Part shown: positions 1 through 13,773 of the stretch, one piece after another
Layout of the letters: each line of letters opens with the position of its first letter
Position numbering within the stretch: position 1 is the stretch's first letter
Source of the DNA: Octopus vulgaris
Lineage: Eukaryota
Direction of reading: 5' to 3'
Length of the DNA: 64,000 bases
Assembly (NCBI GenBank): GCA_951406725.2
Contig: OX597820.1
Span: 108,376,001-108,440,000, forward strand
Notes under the pieces: generated by a model
The model's input: only the letters and a program-made list of their open reading frames with translations
Told to the model about the DNA's origin: nothing
Databases searched by the model: none
Translations under genes and position numbers: made by a program

Positions 1-474
1 TTTCGAGCAACCAACGACAGTATGAGTCTTCGAAGACAGTTGTTCCCATAAATACGAAAATAAAATTTTGGGTTTATGGAGGATCAAAGTTAGGAACAAA
101 AAGAGGACAGTGGAGACATACAGGAAAACCAAACGAAAACAAACATGGAGGGTCGTTAGACCTGAACAAGTGGAAAATAGTGCATGCTGAGGGAAATATT
201 TTCTTTGAAAAGAGAAAAAACAGAAGAAAGAGATAGGAGACATCCAATACTGAGAATATCCATGCAGGAAAGAAAGGTAGTCACATGAGGAAAAGAAAGA
301 TGGATGATAGTCACTTGTGAGTAACAAGAGAGAGAGAGACAGATAGAAAATGGTGAAAGGGAGAAAAAGGGAATTAAAGAGGGTAGGGAAGAAAAGAGTA
401 TAGAGTAGAGTTGCTTCAAAAAGGTTAAGATAAACTTACTTGGAAATGGATGCGTGATGTTCAATTAAATGATA

Positions 475-516
<42 letters not shown>

Positions 517-576
517 TACTTGGAGAATAAGAACGGAACAAATCGAATCGAATCGACGCGAGGGCGCTGTCATACA

Positions 577-935
577 ATAGTGTAATAAATAAAATATATG
601 CATACATACATATATGTACGTACCTACATCTACATGTATATATACATGCATATATAAATATATATACGCGAGTACAGGACATGACAACTAGACGTAGAAC
701 GAAACGAAAACGGAAAAACAAGCATGGAACAAACCATTTTTTCTGTTTTTCTGTTGTAAAAAAATGGTTTGTTCCATGCTTGTTTTTCCGTTTTCGTTTC
801 TCGTTGAGTTCTACGTCTAGTTGTGGTGTCCTGTACTCACGTATATATATTTATATATGCATGTATATATACATGTAGATGTAGGTACGTACATATATGT
901 ATGTATGTATGCATATATTTTATTTATTACACTAT
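577..935. repeat. Palindromic (hairpin) element beside TA microsatellite
   Basis: Roughly 165-175 bp arms are reverse complements around a short T-rich spacer near 742-757. Confidence 0.85.
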
Positions 936-995
936 ATATATATATATATATATACAGATACACACACACAAATGCATATATATATATATTGTATA

Positions 996-1387
996 TCTAT
1001 AATATAAATTGAACATGGGCGATCGTTGTATTCTTTCTTGTCTTGAAGTTCACAGCCAAACAGCCAGGTGGATTCGCGTGAAAAATGGCACACATGTGGA
1101 GATGGATGTATAGATTGGAATGTAGTTTGTATTTTTTTCCTAGCCCCCAAGAAAATTGATTAAAACTTTTCTAATGGAATTCCCCCACCAACATACATAA
1201 CCTCTCTCTCCTTTTCTCTGTTACTCACTCGCACATTCTTTCACAACAAGTGAATAACAAAATTTCAGTTAAATCTCTTGTCCATCTTGCACACCCCATC
1301 AAACACACACACATGCTCTCTCTGTCTCACACGCACATGCTCTCTCTCTCTCACACACTCATGCTCTCTCTCTCTCACACACTCATG

Positions 1388-1419
<32 letters not shown>

Positions 1420-2949
1420 TGCATGCACATCAATTCTTCCGCATCACACCAACTTCAAAAGAACTTCACTCATACTATCTGTCTCTTTCGCTTTCACAGC
1501 GACTTCAAAAGATCCCCTTTTCACCCCTCCAGAGATAAACACAAACCACCTCATGCTGACTGCAAAAATCCCGCCAAATTAGCCGGAAAAACACACACGT
1601 CCATTTCATATATCTTCTTTCAATTTCTGCTCTCTGATTACACAGATGTCCAATACAATAGCTCTCACCTACATTTTGTTCTCTAAAAAGGTATGTGTCT
1701 ATTTTTTCTATAAGTGTATAACAATGACTTCTTCCACACTTCTCCACTTCAACTTTTATCTTCATTTTTCTTAAATTGGATATGTTTGCTATTAAGTTGC
1801 AGAACTTTGGCAGTACAGTTAAAAATCATTTCTGCTTTACATCTTACATACAGTTTTCCCGTAAATTCTTACAGCTTCATTTTTTGATGATGCTTGAAAT
1901 GACAAACATTTTCTAACTGTTTAAGCAATTCTTAACGTCAACTTCTTAATGCCTCTTCTGTTTTTTTCCTAGCACCCATACTTACTGAGAAAATCGATTA
2001 AAACTTCTTCCCTTCTTTCTTCCCCCATTAAAATAACCAGTTGCTCACACAACCGCCATATACCTTTCCACTACAGGATGACAGTCACCAAAATTTTCTC
2101 TATGCTGTCTCTCGTCTTTCACCTCTTTGTGGGGTTAATTATCTTTGTCTTTAGTTACAGTTTCTCATTCAAACTACATAATACGCAGAATTGTCAGATT
2201 AATACAGGAGGAGGGTGTTTTGAAGGAGATTTGGCTGCTATTTCTACCAGGTCTACCTACCATGTAGACATCTGAACTTCATTTTCATTCACAAATTTGC
2301 ATTTCAAAAATTTCACATAATCTTTTCCATAAATCAACTATCGTAAAAATTTTCTACTATGACCTCACATTTTCTATGTATGTGTGTGTACCTTAAAAGA
2401 TGTGATTAGACAGAGGTCCAATAGAATAGTTCTCAGAAACAGACTACATACAAATTCTTTCTTCACAACTCCTGAAGCTGTTTTCTGTGAAAATATTTTC
2501 ACTTTACTCACTCTATCTCTCTTTCTCACCCTCTTTCTCTCTCACATATATATGCACAGGCATGCACACACACACATCCATTTCACATGTCTTCTTTCAA
2601 TTTCTGCTATCTGCAAATAAAATTTTTATAGATACAACTGCTTACAAAAATAGAGATTAATGTATAATTTCTTTCTATGCTCATAATTAAATAAATGTTT
2701 TAATGATTGGACAGAGGTCCAATACAATAGCTCTCAGAAACAGACTACATACAAATTCTATCTTCACAACTCCTGAAGCTGTTTTCTGACAGGGGGTGGG
2801 TGGAAAATTTCATACAGCTGGAGGCACCAATCGAAACAGGGGACCCGAAATGATAAGGTTGAGAAACGCTGTTATAGATTATGCCTAACTGAAAACGATC
2901 AGAGCCACATTATCCAAACAGACCGGGTGAAACCGGGCTTAACTGCTAG
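996..2949 (+). mobile_element. Non-autonomous Helitron-like element
   Basis: 5' A|TCTATAATATAAA; 3' GC-rich CCGGGTGAAACCGGG followed by CTAG|T; internal duplication 2404-2488 / 2704-2788. The 5' boundary is inferred. Confidence 0.55.
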
Positions 2950-2975
2950 TATATATATATATATATATATATATA

Positions 2976-4605
2976 CAGGGGTTGGACAAAATAATGGAAA
3001 CACCTAGCATCATAGCACTGTAATATCTATAGAACCATCAAAAGCTTACTCTCTTTCTCTTTTACTCTTTTACTTGTTTCAGTCATTTGACTGCGGCCAT
3101 GCTGGAGCACCGCCTTTAGTCGAGCAAATCGACCCCGGGACTTATTCTTTGTAAGCCCAGTACTTATTCTATCGGTCTCTTTTGCCGAACTGCTAGTGAC
3201 GGGGACGTAAACACACCAGCATTGGTTGTCAAGCAATGCTAGAGGGACAAACACAGACTCACAAACATATACATACACATACATACATATATATACATAT
3301 ATACGACAGGCTTCTTTTAGTTTCCGTCTACCAAATCCACTCACAAGGCATTGGTCGGCCCGAGGCTATAGCAGAAGACACTTGCCCAAGATGCCACGCA
3401 GTGGGACTGAACCCAGAACCATGTGGTTGTTAGGCAAGCTACTTACCACACAGCCACTCCTGCGCTTGTTTATTTTTTTGTTTTTTGGTTTATTATTAGT
3501 GTTACTTAATATGCTTTGCTAAAATTGCTATTTCTTTTCAGATATCATCAGAAAAAGGTAATTAAAATTCATTAAAATGACAGATCTATCGGACTTTCAG
3601 AAGGGTCAAATTTTTTGTGCTCGTATGGTAGGTGCTAGCGTAATGAAAAAAGCTGAAATGTTTATGCATCAAGAAGTACTGTCTTGAAAGTAATGACAGA
3701 CTTTGAGAAAGAGGGGAAAAAGCTCATTGTCGAAACAAAAATCCAGAAGAAAACCCAAACTTTCAGATAGGGACCGTTGGACTCTTATGTGAATTATTAG
3801 AAAGGATCACAAAAGTACAGCTCCCAAAATTACTGCAGAGTTTAATGACCACCTCGAGAACTGAGTTTCCACAAAAACTGTTCGCTGGGAGTTGCAGAAA
3901 GCTGAATTTCAAGGAAAAGTTGCAAAGCATTTAGAGTGGAGTAGAAACCTACAGAATTGGTCCCTAGAGCAGTGAAAGAATGTTATTGTCTTGGACAAGT
4001 CATCCTTTACCTTATTTCCGACCACCGGCCGACTATACATGTGCAGACAGCCAAAAGAAGCATTTGACCCAGACTGCCTTCTTCCAACTGTTAAACATGA
4101 AGGAGGATCTGTGATGATGGGGGTGGGGTATATCTTGGAAATCTGCCGGCCCAATGGTTTCCCTTCATAGCAGAATTAATAGTCAAGATTATTTCAGCAT
4201 TTTATCTGATCAAATTCATCCTGTGCCATTGCGGGACTGTTTCTGGAGAGAAACGCAATCTTTCAGGATGATAATGCACCAATTCACACAGCTAAAGTTG
4301 TTAGTGAATGACATGAGGAACATTCTAGTGAAGTTGATCATCTTATCTGGCTACCACAGTCCCCAGATCTTATTGAACATTTATGGTGCATTTTAGAAAA
4401 ACAAGTAGGGAGTCAATATCCCCCACCATCATCACTATAAGAACTGGAGACTGTTTTAGTTGGAGAATGGACAAAAATTCCTTTGGAAACGATTCAAATT
4501 TTGTATGAGTCCATACCTTATAGAATTCAAGCTGTAATTACTACCCATATTAAAATTAATTTGTTTGCAATTTTAAGGTGTTTCCATTATTTTGTCCAAC
4601 CCCTA
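2976..4605 (+). mobile_element. Tc1-like DNA transposon with disrupted transposase and a nested SINE
   Basis: About 30-bp TIRs CAGGGGTTGGACAAAATAATGGAAACACCT flanked by TA; fragments MTDLSDFQKGQI, FQDDNAPIHTA and WLPQSPDL with frameshifts. Confidence 0.9.
3045..3465 (-). mobile_element. tRNA-derived SINE (family A) nested in the Tc1 element
   Basis: Minus-strand A-box/B-box head (TGGCTGTGTGG ... GGTTCAGTCCC), CTTGGGCAAGT core, (GTAAAAGA)n tail; copies at 11572 and 15390. Confidence 0.85.
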
Positions 4606-4867
4606 TATATGTATGGATATATATATAAATATATATATACATATATATACATATATATGCATACATACATAAATATATATATATATATATATATATTTAT
4701 GTATGTATTCATATATGTGTATATATATATGTATGTATTCATATATGTGTATATATATATGTATGTATGCATATATATGTATATATATATGTATGTATGC
4801 ATATATATGTATATATATGTATATATATATATGTTTGCATATATATGTATGTATATATATATGTATG

Positions 4868-4898
<31 letters not shown>

Positions 4899-4941
4899 GT
4901 ATATATATGTATAAATGTATGTATTTATATATGTACATATA

Positions 4942-5325
4942 TCATCATCATCGTCGTTTAGCGTCCGTTTTCCATGCTAGCATGGGTTGGACGGTTCTAC
5001 TGGGGTCTGTGAAGCCAGAAGGCTTCATCAGGCCCAGTCAAATCTGGCAGTGTTTCTACGGCTGGATGCCCTTCCTAACGCCAACCACTCCGTGAGTGTA
5101 GTGGGTGCTTTTTACGTGCCACCCACACAGGTGCCAGACAGAGCTGGCAAACGGCCACGAACGGATGGTGCTTTTTATGTGCCACCGGCACAAGGGCCAG
5201 GCGAGGCTGGCAACGGACACGAAACGGGGCGGTGCTGGCAACGGTCACGAAACGGAAGATTCTCTTACATGCCACCGGCACTGGTAACACATCTGCAATT
5301 TCCATTGATCGATTTCCATTCTGAT
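4942..5325 (-). mobile_element. RTE-type LINE 3' tail fragment
   Basis: (CAT)n end and GGATGCCCTTCCTAACGCCAACC motif matching the 3' end of the RTE at 39040-39205. Confidence 0.75.
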
Positions 5326-5364
5326 ATATGTATATATATGTATATATATATATGTATATATATA

Positions 5365-5550
5365 TAGATATATGTATGTATATATAGATATATGTATGTA
5401 CATATAGATATGTGTATGTACATGTAGATATGTGTATGTACATGTAGATATGTGTATGTACATATAGATATGTGTATGTACATATAGATATGTGTATGTA
5501 CATATAGATATGTGTATGTACATATAGATATATGTATGTACATATAGATA
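5365..5550. repeat. 20-bp minisatellite (ATAGATATGTGTATGTACAT)n
   Basis: Direct tandem copies visible. Confidence 0.85.
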
Positions 5551-5593
5551 TATGTATTTATATATATATGTGAGTGTGTGTGTGTATATTTAT

Positions 5594-5632
<39 letters not shown>

Positions 5633-5654
5633 TGTATACATGTATATGTATATA

Positions 5655-7266
5655 TCATATCTATAAAAGGCATGATGTGTGTGTGTGTGTACTTATTTTT
5701 TTCCCTGAGGCACCCATGGATAGTGTAAATATCTATTTTCAGACATAGATTTTAGCCATAAAAACTATCGGCCATTGCTTTTTGACAGCGTCTAACAAAA
5801 AAAAAGAGATAAAGAAAAGTTGAAGAAGGAAGCAGAAAGTTTCACGGGAAAGACAAAATGAGAGAGAAAGAGAGTAAGTGATGATGTTCATAGAAAATAA
5901 AATGTAAAATGTTTTGTTTTTTGTTTTTGAAAGGCACTATTTTATAATCATAGTATATATACTTTCTCACACAACAATTATAATATACTGCGTTTCCTTT
6001 TATTTGTTTGTGCGCATGTGTGTGGGTCCGTGTGTGTGTGTGTGTTTGTATGTTAGATATGTAAATAAACAGATTAATATACAGACGGATAATTATATAT
6101 AGACTATATGAACAGACTCATATGGAGACATGGATCCACACATATAAAGATGCACATCCATACATACAAACATGGTACATAGTTACATAACACACACACA
6201 CAAGGAGACAGAGGTGCATATATATACAAACACATGCTCACACACACATACATAGGAAATACACAAACACAGACAGGCAAGCACATAAATATGCAGGATA
6301 CGTACATACAGATGCACACACATACATACATATATACATATGCATACACACATGCAAACACACACACACACATACATGCGTGCATGTATAGGCACACACA
6401 CACACTGACCCACACACATGCGCACAAACAAACAAAAGGGATCGCAGTGTAAATAACGGACAGAGTCAAAACTATGAAAAGGTTGCAAGACGCAATGAAA
6501 ATTTTAGGAAAATAAAAATAAGGAATAACCGGAAATTTTACCGGTGAATGTGTTAAATAAGGCACAAAAAGAAAATGACTCTCCCCAGACACAACAGAAT
6601 ATGCTTCAACACACGAACTCCTATAAAGAATCTTGCAAACCAAATCCAAAACCAAATTGCAATATATTTATTTTAAATCGTTCGTCTTTCTCCCCCCCCC
6701 TCTCTCTCTCACACACATTACTTTGGGTGCGAAAGAGTTTTGTTTTTATTTTGCGCTGAGTAAAAAAGTGTTTTGTTGACAATCCATTTATTTAACAACA
6801 AAAAAACAAAGAGGTGAGTAAAAATTTGTCAGTGAATTACACAATATAAATGGGTACAATTTGCGAGGCTTCCCCCACACCCCACTCCGTTTCACGGACC
6901 ACAAATGGGTTTTGAGGCCAGAGTAGTTGATTCCACGCAAAAAAAACGATTTTTTTCTTAGTGAAAATTGTGCGAGTGTTAATCTACAAATTTAACAACA
7001 TTTTTTCCATTCATTTCTGTTTATGAACATGTATGCATGCACAAAACATGCAATAGGTGTACGTACGTATGTGTGTGTATGTGTGTTCGTGTCTGTTGCC
7101 CATATATATTTATATTATATATATATAATACATATATAATATAACTAATTTCAATGGATTTTGCCCAAATTTAACGTCTATATTACCTAGTTTGGTTTGA
7201 AATAAAGAACTTGATTAGCTTAATAATCGTAACGTAATCCCGAAAAAGGCCGGGTTATACTGCTAG
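5655..7266 (+). mobile_element. Non-autonomous Helitron-like element
   Basis: 5' TC...TATAAAAG; 3' hairpin CCCG-AAAAAGGC-CGGG followed 8 nt later by CTAG|T. Confidence 0.55.
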
Positions 7267-7849
7267 TGTTTATATATACAGCCATACCTCACCCTCCGTT
7301 AATTGGTTTCAGGAGACATGTCTTAAGTCGAAAAACAACTGAAGTCGAATTAACTTGTCTCTAGGTTATGGTAAGCCAAATTTACTTCTCTCTAAGTTAA
7401 ACTGATAATATTCATTTCCAGTTCTGTACTTTATTTATGAGTGCATCTTCAATAATACATGGTTAATAAAAACCTATTTTAAGCTCACAAATAAATAATT
7501 TTTACTTTTTAATACAGTACAGTAGAAAAAAGTAATCCAAATTTACAAATACAATTTGGTGGTGTTTACTGTACATCGTGCATGCTTTATTTATGAATGC
7601 AGTTTACAATAAGTCATTTTTGAGGCTTAAAAAACAAATTCAGTAATTATTATTACTTTGCAATAGTAAAAACAAATTAATTATTTACCAATATGTACAT
7701 GCAATTTGGGATTTGCATCGCGGATGTAGATGGCTGTGGATCATCAACAGCTGACTCTGGCTGTTCTTATTGTTCGATGTGCTTAAATATCCAGTTGAGA
7801 GTTCCTTGGATGGTCTTCTTTTCCTCAAGGATTACATTATAAGGAGCAA

Positions 7850-9310
7850 AAGCTTCGTGACAAGCTCCCATAATCTTGGAAAAGCATTGAGCATTTGGAT
7901 CCATATTGGCATAAAGAATTTCCAGTTTCACCTATATAATCCTTCTTGCATGTGGGGCAGGTTATGCAGTATATTACGTTCTCTGTTTTGCAGTTCATAT
8001 CTGCATTTATTTTGAATATGTGACCAATTTTAAATTTCATTTCTTTGTCTCCCTCTATGTATTTGTAGGTGGGGTTACTGCAGATCCCACACCTACCATC
8101 TCCGCACTCTTTTACAAAGAATTCAGTTTTAGCTTCTGATGAGAATTTCACTCTTGTTAGTTGTTTCTTCAGGTTTTTGTCTTGTCGTCTGCTGTTTTTT
8201 ATGCAATATTTGTTTTGTATGTTTTCCATTTGGGGGCTTTGTAGGACTACTGGTAGGTTTGAATGTATGATTTGAAACATGTTAGTAACTCCAGAGTTGT
8301 GTCTGTTTATGAAAGGGATAATGTTTCTTTATTTTTTGTTTTGGGTGTCCTGAGTTGTGTGATGTCCAGTTTCATTGCTCTTGAGATTCCATTTTTTATT
8401 AGTTTAAGGGGGTATTTTTGTTCTAGTAGGAAGTTTTTAAGTTCATCTAGTCTTATTAGGTGTGTTTGTGAGTCAGTTACTATGCTGTATATACGTCTTG
8501 CCATACTATATGGGATGTTTCTTTTTATGTGGGATGGGTGGCAGGAGTGGAAATTTAAATATTGGTGTGTGTCAGTTTTTTTGTAGTGGATGTCTGTTGT
8601 GATGATGGAGTTGTGTATCTTGATGTTGATGTCTAGGAAAGGAAGTTCGTTGTGGCTGGTATCTATTGTGAAGTTGATAGATGGGTGCAGTGTGTTGAAG
8701 ATGTTGTGGAATGTTCGTAGGTTTTCTTCTAATCTGTTCCAAAAGATGAAGCAGTCATCAAGGTAGTGTTTCCACTTTTTCTTGATGTCTTCTCTGAAGT
8801 CGTGTTCGAAGACTTTCCCTATTTTATCATATAGTTTGTTCTCAAGGAAACCCATCACCAGGTTGGCATATGAAGGTGTGAATTTTGTACCCATAGCCAT
8901 GCCCTTTATCTGTTAGTATGTCTTGTTGAATGAGAATGTATTTTCTTCAAGTATTAATTGGGTGCTTGGGTGATAAAGTCTGTCTTGAAACTTTTATCTA
9001 TGAGTATTTTTCTACCGATTGTTTTATTGCTTCTAGACCTAGGGTGTGTGGTATGTTCGTGTATAAGTTTGTGACATCGAAGCTTGCAAGTATGGTGTTT
9101 TGCGGAACTGTATTTGGAATGTGTGTGAGGAAGTCTATGTCATCGAATCGTTTTTTATTTCGTATATTTTCATTTGTCTTGCTTATTTTTATACTTGGGT
9201 TTTTTGCTGAATTTTTTCTTGAGAACACATTCTTCATGGAAAATGGCGATTTTGATGTCTATATCTAGCATACAGGCTGTCCACTTTTAGTGGTCAGTCC
9301 TCTAAATTTT
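7850..9310 (-). mobile_element. Penelope-like element (Neptune-like): RT and GIY-YIG pseudogene
   Basis: ORFs contain SFDVTNLYTNI, AMGT..PSYANL, YLDD, LPFLD, CGDGRCGIC and NVIYCITCPTCKKDYIGET. Confidence 0.92.
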
Positions 9311-9721
9311 GTGTATATATATATATATATATATATATACAATAAATTCAGGGTGAATACTTGATAAGTGTAAGCACCTGTATATGCCAGCTAGTAGCAG
9401 AGGTGAGAGGATATATGTATCAGATGAAATAATAAACAGGACACAATGGATGTTGCGGTACACATGTTTCAAATATTTCCTTCCCTTACAAGAGGAATGA
9501 ACCCAACCGGAATTTACCCAGTATTCACTCTATATTGAGTGAGAAAACAGTATGGATGGATTTTTGGAGTCCAATAATACCCTGTACACCTATTTGATTA
9601 TGAAGATTTTCAAACATACTTTCTCAGTGATACTCAGTTTACTTACCATTATAAATAATACCAAATGTTCTTTCTCAGACCTTTCATAATGTGATGCAAG
9701 TCTTTGGTGTAGCAATTGCAT

Positions 9722-9813
9722 GCGGCTGAAGAGGGCTTCAAACTATCTGTTATGTTGATTATACATTGATGTAGGAATAAGTTGTTTTATAAAGCTCAAA
9801 ACATGTGTACCGC
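9722..9813 (+). ncRNA. Type I hammerhead motif, probably inactivated (GAAA to AAAA)
   Basis: Stem I GCGG/CCGC; CTGAAGA; stem II GGGCTT/AAGCTC; AAAAC-ATGT-GTA. An inverted partial copy near 9449-9472 retains GAAAC. Confidence 0.7.
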
Positions 9814-9984
9814 GACATCCTTTGTGTTCTGTTTTTTATTTTATTTGATACATATATATATATATATTTGTATATATAAAAGAAGATTTGAAAATGCAAT
9901 CTTAAAAGATTTTTATTCACTTTTCTGGTTTCACTTTTTTAGAAAAAGATTGTCAAAAGTAATATGTAAAATGTGAGAAAACTA

Positions 9985-10715
9985 GGAATATTGGGGGACT
10001 TGTGTGCACAGAGGTCTAAATGCCCACTAAGTGGTATCCGTCTTGTGGTGGGATCACCCAGTTGTTGGCGGTGAACTGTCATTCTTTCTCTGAGGGTAAG
10101 GCTCGTTTGCCCTATGTTGTCTTTTTGGCACCCTTCACACCTTATGACATAGAGTAAATTCTTTGATGCGCAGGTGAAGTTATTTTTATGACAAAAGTGT
10201 GTCCCGACTGGAATTTGTACATTGTTCCTTCAATGAGGTGGATGCAAGTCCTGCAGTTGGAACAACCACATATTTTGACGGTGGGCGGTGGATTTGTGTT
10301 GGGTAATTTTGCATTGGTGAGTAGGTTTTTTTAGGGATTTGGGTTGTCTTTTGCTTTTTATTATTTTATGGGTTGCGAGTACTTTTTTTAGACGTGGGTC
10401 TTGATTCAGCTGTGGAATGTTCTTGTATACAATTGGATTGTGTGTTGATAGGTATGGGGAGGCTATTTACTGTACTGTGAGTGTGTTTTGGTTTTCGTAA
10501 ATCTTGGGTAATTGATTTGGCCCGTTTTATTCCATTGTCAACTAGTGATGCTGGGTAATGTCTTTCGAGAAGAATTGCCTTTAGTTCCGGAGTCTTTTAT
10601 TTCATGTTCTATAATTTTAGACAATTGTGCAGATTCTTCTCGCTAGGTTGAAGGGGATATTTGTCTTCATCTGCTTTAGGTAATTAGAGGTGAACAGAAG
10701 GTATTGTTTGGAATC
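9985..10715 (-). mobile_element. Second Penelope-like (Neptune-like) 3' fragment
   Basis: Minus-strand remnants of IPFNLARRIC, CGCSNCRTC and RMTVHRQQ with frameshifts. Confidence 0.75.
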
Positions 10716-11106
10716 AGTGGAATGATTTTTAATGAATATTTGGAATGATTTTTAATGAAATCTTAATATTATTGAACTTTTTAATATTTTCTCAAGATTT
10801 TTCCTTGTAAACTGTTTTGAACATTTTATTATTATCAAAGAATGTATATATATATTGTAATATTTTGTGAAAACCAGTACTTAACACAACAAAGCTTTTA
10901 CATTTTACTTTTGAAAAACTTTTACTAAAAAAGTGACACCGGTCAAGTGAATAAACATCTTTTAAAATTGCATTTTCAGACCCTCGTTCATATATGGCGG
11001 TGCCCCAGCATGGCCACAGCTCGTGAGCTGAAACTAGATAAAATAAAACAAAAAAATATATATTTCCACTTGTGCAGTACTTTACAAATTCACTTGGTTA
11101 TATATT

Positions 11107-11139
<33 letters not shown>

Positions 11140-11142
<3 letters not shown>

Positions 11143-11560
11143 AAGTTAATCCAAACAAGAAAAACAAAAAAGACAACAACGCAAAAGGTGGAACAATTAA
11201 AGTATTATTAGGCGCTCAGGAAAAAAGGGAAGAAGGAGGGTATGATGTTTTGAGCGGAGCTCTTCGTCGGAAACATAAGAGAAAGAAAGATCCCGAGGTG
11301 GGAGGACAGAGGGAAAAAAACCGCGAGTGGTCTTCACGAGGTAAACATACTGAGAGGCGGAAGTCGTAGACGAGAGGGGACAGGTTTTCAAAGATAGGAG
11401 AGTGGAAAAAGAAGGAAGGTAAAAACACAATGAGTGAGATGAAGAGTGTGTGTATGGGAGTGTGCGTGTGTGTGTATGTATGTATATGTTAGGCGACGGC
11501 TGGTGGCAAGCGGTGTGCGAGATGACAGAGTGTGTGTTTATTAGTGCGTGCGTCTGTGTG
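11140..11560 (-). repeat. Dispersed repeat carrying a hammerhead-like motif (same family at 27575-27760; related at 43305-43470)
   Basis: Shared AAGTTAATCCAAACAAGAAAA ... GGAACAATTAAAGTATTATT ... GAGCGGAGCTCTTCGTCGGAAAC. Confidence 0.7.
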
Positions 11561-11571
11561 TATGTGTGTAT

Positions 11572-11975
11572 ACTCTTTTCTCTCTTTTACTCTTTTACTT
11601 GTTTCAGTCATTTTGACTGTGGCCATGCTGGAGCACCGCCTTTAGTCGAGCAAATCGACCCCACGACTTATTCTTTGTAAGCCTAGTGCTTATTCTATCG
11701 GTCTCTTTTGCCGAACCGCTAAGTAACGGGGATGTAAACATACCAGCATCGGTTGTCAAGCAATGCTAGGGGGGACAAACACAGACACACAAACACACAC
11801 ACACATATACATATATACGACAGGCTTCTTTCAGTTTCCGTCTACCAAATCCACTTACAAGGCATTGGTCGGCCCGGGGCTATAGCAGAAGACACTTGCC
11901 CAAGATGCCATGCAGTGGGACTGAACCCAGAACCATGTGGTTGGTTAGCAAGCTACTTACCACACAGCCACTCAT
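11572..11975 (-). mobile_element. tRNA-derived SINE (family A)
   Basis: Closely matches 3045-3465. Confidence 0.88.
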
Positions 11976-12764
11976 ATTTGTATATACAACTTATAAATAA
12001 GGGCAAACGAAAAATTTTCCAATGCCAGATATGCTGAAATAAGACACATTGTCCATAACCATATAATTTACTACAATAAGCATGCTACTCGAAAAAAGTT
12101 GACAGAAATTTCTGACAAATTCCGTTATTACCATATCGGACCGATTTCAGGGTTAGTTCATAAGAACCCTCCCTTCGTCAGTGATAAATGCGGCAAAAGA
12201 AATAAATGAAATACTTACTCATACCCATGGAAGAAGCAAACACTAAGTCATGAGCACAACTAAGTACCCCAAATATATCCAAAATAGAAAATCACCAGCC
12301 CATTCGAGACATGTGCGATTCGAACTGAAAAAATTTCCAATGCCAAATATGCTGAAATAAGACACATTGTCCATAACCATATAATTTACCACAATAAGTG
12401 AGTTTCAGTTCGAATCGCATGTGTCTCGAAAGGGGGGGGGGGCGGAGAAGAGAGAGAAAGAAGGAATTTAAGAGGGGAGAAGAAAGAGAGCGTGCCAAGG
12501 ATTGGCTTGGCGACAGAATCAGTGAGGTGCAAAGTGAGAAAGACAGAGAAATGTGAGAGAGTGGGGGAAGAGGAGACCAAAGAATCAGAGTCAAGAAAAG
12601 AGAAAAGGAGGAAGAGAAGTAGAGAGAAAGAAAGAGACAGATCAAAGTAGAGTGCAAAGTGTGAAAGGCAGAGAAATGTAGGAGAGAGAGACAGTGTTAT
12701 AGAGTCGTACCAAATTTAAAGGAATATGTACTTACATACAAGGCCATATATATATATTTGTATA

Positions 12765-12799
<35 letters not shown>

Positions 12800-12898
12800 A
12801 TACATATATATATATATATATATATATATTGTATACATATATATATATATATATATATATATTGTATACATATATATATATTGTATATATATATATAT

Positions 12899-13773
12899 AT
12901 ATAAGAAAAAGGGACAGGCAACAGGTTGCTTGACTGCATACCGAAAAAAGTAGAAATAGCAGTCAAAAATGCTTATTTCTAATTTCCACAAATGCAAAAC
13001 AGAAGGAATAGATATTCGAAAACGAAGTCTGGTGGTTATCTGTGAACATCATGTTTCTGGATTATAAACATATTGAATATATATTTCATATATACTTTTG
13101 ATATATATTTCATATATATTGCATATATATTTCACATCCTTCTTCAGCACAGCTTTCCATTGAAATAGATTTATCATAGATTTATCAAATGCTACGTACC
13201 TCAAACCTTCTGACCATGCGACATCAAAATATTTGAAGAAAGCGAGCAAAGGCTAAACCTACATAGACGTTTGAATTCATAAATCTTCCCTCCAAAATTT
13301 TGCCATGCGCACTACAAAAATAGTTGCATGGCAAAATTTTGGAGGGAAGATTTATGAATTCAAACGTCTATGTAGGTTTAGCCTTTGCTCGCTTTCTTCA
13401 AATATTTTGATGTCGCATGGTCAGAAGGTTTGAGGTACGTAGCATTTGATAAATCTATGATAAATCTATTTCAATGGAAAGCTGTGCTGAAGAAGGATGT
13501 GAAATATATATGCAATATATATGAAATATATATCAAAAGTATATATGAAATATATATTCAATATGTTTATAATCCAGAAACATGATGTTCACAGATAACC
13601 ACCAGACTTCGTTTTCGAATATCTATTCCTTCTGTTTTGCATATGTGAATTACAGGGTTTGTCGTGCCTGGAGCCCCATTTGTGGAAATTAGAAATAAGC
13701 ATTTTTGACTGCTATTTCTACTTTTTTCGGTATGCGGTCAAGCAACCTGTTGCCTGTCCCTTTTTCTTATATA
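12899..13773. repeat. Long near-perfect palindrome (about 410-bp arms)
   Basis: Identical ORFs on opposite strands (13049-13249 minus, 13385-13585 plus); centre near 13317; 37 extra bases in the right arm. Confidence 0.95.

Noticed and set aside
7313-7370. AG...GTAAGC-bounded segment as a possible HARS first exon
   Set aside because: No WHEP-like translation in any frame.
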